A stretch of 64,000 bases of DNA, from positions 896,001 through 960,000 of the forward strand of contig CBDAOB010000005.1 in NCBI GenBank assembly GCA_965197905.1, in the 5' to 3' direction. Below are positions 1 to 7,586 of this stretch, in pieces. Below the pieces are notes generated by a model. That model searched no databases. It was given only the letters and a program-made list of their open reading frames with translations, and had not been told where the DNA came from. Position 1 is the first letter of the stretch. The number at the start of each line of letters is the position of its first letter. The stretch is from Candidatus Latescibacterota bacterium (lineage in GTDB: Bacteria > Latescibacterota > UBA2968 > UBA8231). The position numbers were made by a program, and so were the translations under genes.

Positions 1-80
1 GCGATATCGAGCTGGACCCCCAGGAGATCGTCGTGCCCGAGCTGAACCTTCAGGAGCTGGTGTTGCTGAAGCTTGGTTAG
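1..80 (+). CDS. 3' end of a gene running in from the left edge (partial, ...DIELDPQEIVVPELNLQELVLLKLG*)
   Basis: Open frame from position 3 to TAG at 78-80 with GC3-rich codons; converges on the next gene. Confidence 0.5.
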   Translation, partial: DIELDPQEIVVPELNLQELVLLKLG

Positions 81-107
81 CCCGGTGCTGTCGATCGGTC
101 CAGCGAT

Positions 108-2186
108 TCAAGGCGGGTCCTGCCGTTGTCGCACCAGCCAGGGGCCTGGAGATTCTGCCAGGGCGGACTCCAGCTTGGAATGTGCTAGGTCCCGTTGGCT
201 CTGCGACCGTGAGAGGTCGAAGAGTTCCACCGTGTCCTCGATCGGGAACAGCGCGTCCCCGAGATCGTTCGCGTTCAAGCGACGACGATGTGCCGGCATT
301 CCGTCGTTCATAGCGACGATCAACACGTAACGCACGGAAGCGCTGCCGGCGGCGGCCAATCGATAATCACCCGATACGGATACGCTGAAGCGTCCGCTCC
401 CGCCGAACTTGCCCAGCCCATCCTTACTTGCGAACAGGAGACTGTTCAAGCAGCAGGTTACGTGATACGCCGGCCGCGGGTTGGATAGACGGTCCAAAAG
501 TCCGTGGCTTACATCGTTGGTGCGGTCGAGATCCACGAACGGCGACAGGAAGATGCGCAATCCTGGGCTCAGGGCCGCGGCAAAAATCGCTGCTGCAGTC
601 CTGTCGGCGTGCGCCTGCTCGTCGGTGCCCGGCAACTCGACCACCAGGTCGAATCCCTTCACCTGGTTTAACGGTAATGATCGAGCGATGACCGCCACCG
701 CTTCAGGAGGGTCGCCGCTGTCATCAAGGTGACACAGCGCTCGATCCAGGATGCTCTGATGGGTCCGCAAGTGCGCGTCCAGCTGCGGCAGCTCCTCGGG
801 GCGATACCCGATGCGCGCCCGCGGATGATACGTGGCGGGACTCACCTCCCGCGCGAGGTAAGGGGCCAGGACGATCTCCTTGCCGAGGGTTTCCCGGCAT
901 TCGCTCAGCGCCTCCAAACATCCCTCGCTGGGCCACAGGTCACCCGTAATCTGTACCTCGATGGTATCCACCATCTCCTCATGCGGTTGCGTCAGGTGGT
1001 TTAGCGGCAGTCCCTCGCGCCACAGCCAGAACGCGGAGATGCGCACCCCTTCCTGGCGCAGCAACTGCAGTCGTTCCCGCTGCAGAGTACTGGTTAGATC
1101 CGCCGCGGGGATCCGCACATGACCCAGTCCCGCTTCGGTGCAGGCAAGAAAGGGATGATCGTCCCGTACCCGCTGACGCAGGGCGCTGGGCCACGCCACG
1201 GCACCTTCATCCAGGTGTGCCAGGGGCCGGCGCAGATAGGTGCCGACTGGCGATGCCAACTCCTTCGAAGTCAACGTCAGCAGACGTTCTTGGCGTGTGG
1301 GGCGATCCGTGTCCGGGAGTTCAGTGCGGATGAAGTGGGTGGTGCAATCCTTCTCGTGTACCCTGACCAGGTAGAAACCGAGCTTCGCCCGGTCGTTGCG
1401 TCCCTGCTCCTCGGGCGGAGAAACGGAAAAGGCTTCGTAGAAACCTGCTCTCGAGGTGGTGGTGGAAGCGCAGACTCGAAACTGCGTAGCGCCCAACCGG
1501 TTGAAGACACGAAAGTGGGTGTGGCCGCAAAAAACCAATTCCACACCATAGATTTCCATCTGTTCGAGCAACCAGCTACGGGCGGGCTCGTCGAGACTGT
1601 TGTAGAAGCCGCGGTCGGGTTCGTTGCGATCCACGAAAAACGGCGGCAGGTGCATGAAGAGAAAGATTCGTTTGCCGCGGCTTTCATCCAGGTCGCTTTC
1701 GAGCCACGAGGTCTGTTCAGCGGCCGCCGGCAAGCGCCCGTTCATGATCTGGGTGTTCAACACGACGAAATGCATGCCGTGACGATCAAAGCTGTACCAG
1801 GAGGGTCCGACCTGCCGATGGTAGATATCCAGGGTTTCCTGAGACACCCAATCGGCGAACATGGTGGCATCTGGTTTGTCCCCTATGTCCATGTTTCCGG
1901 GCACGTGTTTAGGTTGAAGGCCACTCTTGCGGATCTGCTCGAGCGCGTTCTTGCGGGCTTGAGGATGTTCGGTCTTGGGGGGATTCTCCTCGGTCAGGTC
2001 CCCGAGGTGCACCGCAAATTCCGCTCCCAGTACCGCCGCTTGTTCCAGGGCGCGCTCAACCCGAGCGGGCCACTCTCGCACCGAGCTGAACTCAACGGCG
2101 TACGGTTCCGGATTCAAGATGTAGTGGGTGTCGCTGATAACGACGAACTCGAAGAGAGCGGGGGGTAGCAGGTGACGATCGAACAT
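108..2186 (-). CDS. Calcineurin-like metallophosphoesterase with ~400-aa C-terminal extension of unknown function
   Basis: Motifs ISDTH, HLGDL, PGNMD, MHLP and CGHTH occur in the canonical order in the N-terminal ~280 aa. Confidence 0.85.
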   Translation of the reverse strand: MFDRHLLPPALFEFVVISDTHYILNPEPYAVEFSSVREWPARVERALEQAAVLGAEFAVHLGDLTEENPPKTEHPQARKNALEQIRKSGLQPKHVPGNMDIGDKPDATMFADWVSQETLDIYHRQVGPSWYSFDRHGMHFVVLNTQIMNGRLPAAAEQTSWLESDLDESRGKRIFLFMHLPPFFVDRNEPDRGFYNSLDEPARSWLLEQMEIYGVELVFCGHTHFRVFNRLGATQFRVCASTTTSRAGFYEAFSVSPPEEQGRNDRAKLGFYLVRVHEKDCTTHFIRTELPDTDRPTRQERLLTLTSKELASPVGTYLRRPLAHLDEGAVAWPSALRQRVRDDHPFLACTEAGLGHVRIPAADLTSTLQRERLQLLRQEGVRISAFWLWREGLPLNHLTQPHEEMVDTIEVQITGDLWPSEGCLEALSECRETLGKEIVLAPYLAREVSPATYHPRARIGYRPEELPQLDAHLRTHQSILDRALCHLDDSGDPPEAVAVIARSLPLNQVKGFDLVVELPGTDEQAHADRTAAAIFAAALSPGLRIFLSPFVDLDRTNDVSHGLLDRLSNPRPAYHVTCCLNSLLFASKDGLGKFGGSGRFSVSVSGDYRLAAAGSASVRYVLIVAMNDGMPAHRRRLNANDLGDALFPIEDTVELFDLSRSQSQRDLAHSKLESALAESPGPWLVRQRQDPP

Positions 2187-2263
2187 GCTCGTGCCAGGGA
2201 TTTAGAGGATACAGGCGATTTTCTGCGGCGCCGTGCTACAATCTCGGTAAGTGTACCCACAGA

Positions 2264-3136
2264 TCAAAGCGTCAGCTCGCTGACCTCCAGCGCCAGGAAC
2301 AAGACGATCGACACGACGAACAACGCGGTCCAGCGAAGGTTCAGATCCGGACGGGCACACATGAACAGAATACCGAGAAGTGCGAAAAACGAGAACTCTG
2401 GCCGCACGAGAAAGGTCCCCCAGAGAAAGAGCAGCATGAGGAGCGGCATCAGACGGTGTTTGAACGCGCGGTGCCACGCGAGGGCGAGGAACAGGCCGAC
2501 TTCGAACAGCAGAATCGAAACGGCGGCTCCTCGAACCAGGAGAGAAAAGCCGGCCATTGGAAGCTCGATGGGCAGCTGGCTGCCGACCAGCGCCGGATCG
2601 CTGGATATCAGATCGAACTGATGCTCGAACGCCCGCGTTGCGCCATCGAGTCCTTCGTAGATCCAGGCAAGCGGCCAGTAAAGGGTCCCGCCGGTTAGAA
2701 CGTAGTCCGCCATCAGACGGCCGCTGAGGAAATAGGGTGAGATCGCTTTTTGCAGGATGGCGAGACCGAACACGACGATCAGCAACGCCCTGGGCAGGTT
2801 GAAGGCAAGCTCATCGCCCCGTGATCTTCGATACGTCTCCAGCGCCAGAATGGCGAGGGCGTAGATCGTCAGGTAGTAGTGGTTTGCGGCGTGGGCGTAG
2901 CTGTAGAGGAGATCAGCTGCGAGAAGAAGGGTGACGGCGAGCCAGTAGGCCGGCCACCGGGTCACCGGCGGTACGACGATGGCAAACAGACTCAGAAAGG
3001 CGACGCCGAACCTTACCACATTGGAGATGCCGTCGTGAGTCGCCACCAAAACCACCAGATAAACCCAGGTGCCGGCGCGCGCTACCATGCCGGCGTTTAC
3101 CCGTTCCCACTCGAAGATCTGGTGCAGATGTTTCAC
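2264..3136 (-). CDS. Polytopic membrane protein, HTTM / vitamin K-dependent carboxylase-like membrane domain
   Basis: About 8 hydrophobic segments. AANHYYL and LAILQKAISPYFLSG resemble the HTTM/GGCX motifs NNHSYL and AGxxKLxxDWxxG. Confidence 0.6.
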   Translation of the reverse strand: MKHLHQIFEWERVNAGMVARAGTWVYLVVLVATHDGISNVVRFGVAFLSLFAIVVPPVTRWPAYWLAVTLLLAADLLYSYAHAANHYYLTIYALAILALETYRRSRGDELAFNLPRALLIVVFGLAILQKAISPYFLSGRLMADYVLTGGTLYWPLAWIYEGLDGATRAFEHQFDLISSDPALVGSQLPIELPMAGFSLLVRGAAVSILLFEVGLFLALAWHRAFKHRLMPLLMLLFLWGTFLVRPEFSFFALLGILFMCARPDLNLRWTALFVVSIVLFLALEVSELTL

Positions 3137-3627
3137 AGCGGCCGCCGCGCAACTGCATGGCAGCGCAGGCTGCGCAAATCCTCCGATATTAGAATCTCCA
3201 CGATCTGCAGCTCCAGATTCGCGATGGGAAGAAGCCCGGCAACAGATTCCTCGCCCCCATGGTCGTCCAACAGCTGTCGATATGATTCCGCAAGATCGGC
3301 GAGCTCGGCCCCTGCGGGCCAGTCTCGGCTTTCGTATGCATCGTCGCGCAGGCGCCGTAGGGAGAGCTGCAGATCGGTCTCCCGGCGATTGCGATCGTAG
3401 ATTCGATCGTCCGGTGGATAGAGCCGGACGGCCGCCCTTTTCTCGCTGACGGAACCGGTGACCCAGACGAAGCGGCTATGCCTGGGGTGGGAATCGGCGT
3501 ACATGCCGAACCCGCCGCCGCGCCAGCTGGTTAGATCGGAATACTGGGAACGGAGGATCTGGACGGTGGCTACTGCCAGCGGTATCAGCAGCAGCAGGGT
3601 TTCCAGCTGGAACAGCTTGTTCTTCAC
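3133..3627 (-). CDS. Small membrane-anchored protein with LTSWRGGGFGMY motif; partner of the HTTM-like gene
   Basis: Probable GTG start at 3627 (MKNKLFQLETLLLLIPLAVATVQIL, one TM segment). Its stop overlaps the next start (GTGA, 3133-3136). Confidence 0.65.
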   Translation of the reverse strand: MKNKLFQLETLLLLIPLAVATVQILRSQYSDLTSWRGGGFGMYADSHPRHSRFVWVTGSVSEKRAAVRLYPPDDRIYDRNRRETDLQLSLRRLRDDAYESRDWPAGAELADLAESYRQLLDDHGGEESVAGLLPIANLELQIVEILISEDLRSLRCHAVARRPL

Positions 3628-3775
3628 GATCTCGATTCCAGGGTTCGGTTTCTGCAATCGCCAAACGTTGATCCTGTCAGGCAACGAAAGCTTACCCGTT
3701 TGAGTGGTTCTGCTCAAGACAGTCGCCGAGAGTTGACCGTGACCGTGACCGTCGCCGTCGTTACTTCTCGCCTCT

Positions 3776-4972
3776 ATGCAACATCCCCTTTCTCCCGGCG
3801 AGGTGGAGTTCTGGCAGGGTGTCCGCAAGGAGTTCTACCTGCGGGACGACATCACCTACCTGCAGGGGGGTACCGTCGGTCCGTCGGCGCGACCCACCAT
3901 CGAGCGAGTTGCCGAGCTGCTGCGGAAGCTCGAAGAAGATCCTCTGCACCATCGATACAGCGGTCTGCTCCCCGAGGCCCGAGAGCGCTCGCGGGAGAAA
4001 CTGGCCAGGTTTGTCGGTGCGCGACCGGAACGGATCGCCTTGGTCCTCAATACCACCATGGCCATGAACATACCCGCGCGGGGTCTTCAGTACGAGGAGG
4101 GTGGGGAGATCTTGATGAGCGATCAGGAATACTCCTCGACGCGCAACATCTGGGAAGTGACGGCACGACGGCACGGTCTGTCGGTTCGTTTCGCCGAGCT
4201 GCCCATGATGCCAGCCGACCCCGAAGAGATCGTCGATGCCTTTGCCGGGGGCATAACTGGAAAAACCGAAGTGGTGTTGTTCAGTCACGTCTATTTTACC
4301 ACCGGCCTGGTGGCGCCGGTCAAAAGCTTGACCGAGCTGGCGCACGAGAAGGGTGCGGTAGCAGTCGTAGACGGTGCACATGCAATCGGTATGGTGCCTC
4401 TCGAGTTGGATGAATGGGACTGTGATTTTTACGGATCCAGCTGCCACAAATGGCTACTGGCGCCGAAAGGAGTTGGCATGGCGTACGTCGCCGAGCGCCA
4501 CGCCGGCAACATGGAACCGCCGCTGCTCGGTTATCCGTTGAAGGAGTCGACCGACGCAGACCGTTTTGAGGTGCCCGGTGTCAGCGATTGGACCCACGCG
4601 GCGGCGTTGGAGACCGCTCTCGATTTTCAACTGCAGATCGGGTGGGAGGACCGCATCCGGCCCTATTGCCTGGCGCTGGCCCGGTATCTGAAGGAACGAG
4701 TCTTGAGCGAGATTCCCGAAGCACACCTGACTGTCCCGTGGGACGACGAGATGTCCGGTTTCATCACCAGTTTTTTCGTCGAAGGTTTCGATGCTGAAAA
4801 GGTGTGTCGTCATTTATGGGAAGAGTGCCGTATCGAAGTCGTGAACACCAACGCTTACGGACACAGCTGTTTTCGGGTATCGACCCATTTTTACGCCTCA
4901 TTTGCGGACCTAGACCTTTTCCTCGAGGCGCTCAAGGACACGTTGAAACGCACGGATATGAAACTCGCGTAG
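3776..4972 (+). CDS. Class V PLP-dependent aminotransferase (isopenicillin N epimerase / cysteine desulfurase-like)
   Basis: VDGAHAIG, SSCHKWLLAPKG (PLP lysine), RVSTHFY. Confidence 0.9.
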   Translation: MQHPLSPGEVEFWQGVRKEFYLRDDITYLQGGTVGPSARPTIERVAELLRKLEEDPLHHRYSGLLPEARERSREKLARFVGARPERIALVLNTTMAMNIPARGLQYEEGGEILMSDQEYSSTRNIWEVTARRHGLSVRFAELPMMPADPEEIVDAFAGGITGKTEVVLFSHVYFTTGLVAPVKSLTELAHEKGAVAVVDGAHAIGMVPLELDEWDCDFYGSSCHKWLLAPKGVGMAYVAERHAGNMEPPLLGYPLKESTDADRFEVPGVSDWTHAAALETALDFQLQIGWEDRIRPYCLALARYLKERVLSEIPEAHLTVPWDDEMSGFITSFFVEGFDAEKVCRHLWEECRIEVVNTNAYGHSCFRVSTHFYASFADLDLFLEALKDTLKRTDMKLA

Positions 4973-4978
4973 AAGTCT

Positions 4979-6397
4979 GTGCCGATACGGCCGCCACGCA
5001 AGAACCTGGAAAGAGTGACTATCTACGATCTGAGATTCGAACCCGCAAACGGTGATCGCCAGCTGTTTCTAGACGACCACGGGATTCAACACATCGAGAA
5101 TCTCGTTCGCACGTTACATCCTCCCGCTAAGAAGGGAGCCGTCATCCGTCCCGTCCTCGGGATCGATCCCCCATGTCTCCAGATCCGTTCGGCGCCGATC
5201 TGGGATCCCGAAAAGGAACGGTTCCGCTTCTGGGGCGGTGGTTCGGTGCGAGAGAGCACGGACGGCCTCAACTGGAGTATCGTCGCACCGTATTCAGGTC
5301 CGGCTCTGGTGGTCTACGACGGCGATGATCCCGACCCCGGTCGGAGATACAAGGCATTCTCGCCCGGCCATCGGGCGGTATCTCCAGACGGAGACACCTG
5401 GAGAACCCTTGATCTGCCTCCGGTTCCCAGCCAGGACGAGCACAACTTCTCCTTTGACCAGCGCAAGAGACTGTTCATCGCGACGGTCAAACATGCCGGG
5501 CCCCACGGGCGGTCTGTCTGGCTCTCCACCAGCGAGGATTTCGACACCTGGACCGAACCGGAGCTGATGTTCCATGCCGATGAGGTGGATCAGCTGATGG
5601 GTCGTGAGCGCATACAGGAGCGATTCGCCGATCCCAATCTCGCCTCTCCGTTTTTCGATTTTCCACCGTTCTACAACGTCGACATCTACAACATGTCGGT
5701 CTTTCGCTATGAGAGTGTCTACCTCGGTTTTCCGATGATGTATTGCCAGACCGGCAAGGTAAGCGGAAGCTGGCCCGACTTCGCCAACTGGGAGCTCTCG
5801 GAGGAGATGCGATCCATATTCCAGCGCGACGGGGACTGGACCGGTTTTCATCCCGTCCAATTCGCCTGGAGTCGGGACCTTCGACAATGGGCGCGTCCCC
5901 CTGAAAGGAACCCGTTCATCGACCTCTCACTACTGGGAGGCGGCGACCTCGATCTCACTTCAGTGACCCCACCCTCATTTCCCCTGGTGCGCGACGATGA
6001 ACTCTGGCTCTACTACAACGGCGGCAGACAGTACGGTGGACCGGAACCGAAGCGGGGGGTGGACCAAGAGATGTGCGGTACCTGCCTGGCGGTGATCCGC
6101 CGGGACGGATTCGTCTCGCTGGACGCTGGAGCCGAAGAGGGCGTACTGATTACCAAGCCGTTTCGATTCGCGGGAGAGAGCTTGTTTCTCAATACACAGG
6201 CACCTGTCGGGGAGGTTCGGGCGGAACTGCTCGCAGCCGACGGCACGGCCGCATGCACCTCTGAACCGCTCTCGGGTGACCTCCCTAACGCAGCTTTTCA
6301 ATGGCGGCAGGGGGACCCGGTGACCGTCCGTGATCAGGAGGTCACGCTGCGTCTGGCAGCGCGGGATGCACAGCTGTTCTCCTACTGGATCGAATAG
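4979..6397 (+). CDS. GH32/GH43-like five-bladed beta-propeller plus beta-sandwich protein (paralog 1)
   Basis: RQLFLDD, Asp-box-like S-x-D-G-x-x-W repeats, RRDGFVSLDAG, terminal LFSYW. Clearly homologous to 50443-51987. Confidence 0.65.
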   Translation: MPIRPPRKNLERVTIYDLRFEPANGDRQLFLDDHGIQHIENLVRTLHPPAKKGAVIRPVLGIDPPCLQIRSAPIWDPEKERFRFWGGGSVRESTDGLNWSIVAPYSGPALVVYDGDDPDPGRRYKAFSPGHRAVSPDGDTWRTLDLPPVPSQDEHNFSFDQRKRLFIATVKHAGPHGRSVWLSTSEDFDTWTEPELMFHADEVDQLMGRERIQERFADPNLASPFFDFPPFYNVDIYNMSVFRYESVYLGFPMMYCQTGKVSGSWPDFANWELSEEMRSIFQRDGDWTGFHPVQFAWSRDLRQWARPPERNPFIDLSLLGGGDLDLTSVTPPSFPLVRDDELWLYYNGGRQYGGPEPKRGVDQEMCGTCLAVIRRDGFVSLDAGAEEGVLITKPFRFAGESLFLNTQAPVGEVRAELLAADGTAACTSEPLSGDLPNAAFQWRQGDPVTVRDQEVTLRLAARDAQLFSYWIE

Positions 6398-6463
6398 TAC
6401 CTGCTGCGGAAAGCTGAATAGGGTTGAGCGGAGTGCTTGAGTTTGCGGACGTTGTGCCGCCGG

Positions 6464-7519
6464 TTAGGCGAAGCTGGGAGCGTCTGAAGGAACCCGATAG
6501 CCGACGCGACCGCTGACCAGATCTGCCACCTGCACCAGCTCACCACCCCGCTCCGCCGATAGATTCGCCCCTAAAACTGCCGCCAGGGTATTGATTCCAT
6601 CCCCATAAGGACTGAGAGTCTTCGCCGGGTCCCCGCTGCGAACTGCTGCGACGAATGCCCTGGCCTGCAAGGCAAACGCACTATCGGTCCGGTCAGATTC
6701 CCACACGGTCTCACCGTTCTCCACCACCTTGCCACGGCCCCACTCGATCAGGCAGTCGTCGCCAACAACCAGCAGCTGGCGCGATGAAGCGCCGCTTTCC
6801 AGCATCACTCGCGAGGTCGTCGCATTCGCCGTGATGCCGTTGGTCAAGCGGTAATTCACGTTGTAGACATGGGGCAGGTTCATCGGTTCTGGACCTTCGC
6901 CCTTCTTGCGGACCACGTAGAACGCGGAGGTCGCCTCGAAGTCGGCGGCGGTCAGATAGCGCAGCAGATCTATTCGGTGGATGGTATTTTCGACAAAGGA
7001 TCCGCCGCAGAGCTCGTAGCGGCTGGTCCAGTAGCGCTGCGGTTTGCCACTATAGATTGCGTGGATCAACGCGTGGCGCACCGTGCGCTCCCGTAAGAGT
7101 TCCCGTGCCACGTGGGCGGCGGGCTCGTAGCGAGTGACGAAACCAACCTGGGTGATGATGCCCGCTTTCTGCACGGCCGCGTTGTACTCCAGCGCCGTGG
7201 ACATATCCAGGCTCTGGGGCTTCTCCACGAACACCGCTATACCCTTGTCGGCGGCCATCAGCAGCTCGTCGGTGTGGCTCGTCGGTGGGATACACAGGTA
7301 GAGAGCGTCCAGCTCCTCCCTGTCGAGCATTTCGCGATGGTTGCTGTAGACGGTCCGGGGCTTGTAGGTTTTGACTTGCTTGTCGAGCAGCACCTCGTCG
7401 AGGTCGCAAAAGGACTGGAACACCACTTCGTCCTTCTCCACCAGCGGCGCCAACGCCGGCAGATGAGCCAGCGTAGGGATCTGTCCCAGACCAATAAATC
7501 CAAGTCGTACCGGTTCCAT
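6464..7519 (-). CDS. Gfo/Idh/MocA family NAD(P)-dependent oxidoreductase
   Basis: N-terminal GFIGLGQI Rossmann motif, VFVEKP, GGSFVENTIHRID. Confidence 0.92.
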   Translation of the reverse strand: MEPVRLGFIGLGQIPTLAHLPALAPLVEKDEVVFQSFCDLDEVLLDKQVKTYKPRTVYSNHREMLDREELDALYLCIPPTSHTDELLMAADKGIAVFVEKPQSLDMSTALEYNAAVQKAGIITQVGFVTRYEPAAHVARELLRERTVRHALIHAIYSGKPQRYWTSRYELCGGSFVENTIHRIDLLRYLTAADFEATSAFYVVRKKGEGPEPMNLPHVYNVNYRLTNGITANATTSRVMLESGASSRQLLVVGDDCLIEWGRGKVVENGETVWESDRTDSAFALQARAFVAAVRSGDPAKTLSPYGDGINTLAAVLGANLSAERGGELVQVADLVSGRVGYRVPSDAPSFA

Positions 7520-7586
7520 CGCCTCGACCCGTAGAATCCTGCTGGTGCTAGATTACTCCTTGTAATAGCTCGAGCAGGGGAATGTA

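Noticed and set aside
1119..2168. 349-aa plus-strand ORF, and similar long antisense or alternate-frame ORFs at 23548-24771, 27838-28929, 29472-30356, 60281-61222 and 60793-61887
   Set aside because: They overlap well-supported genes and lack family motifs.
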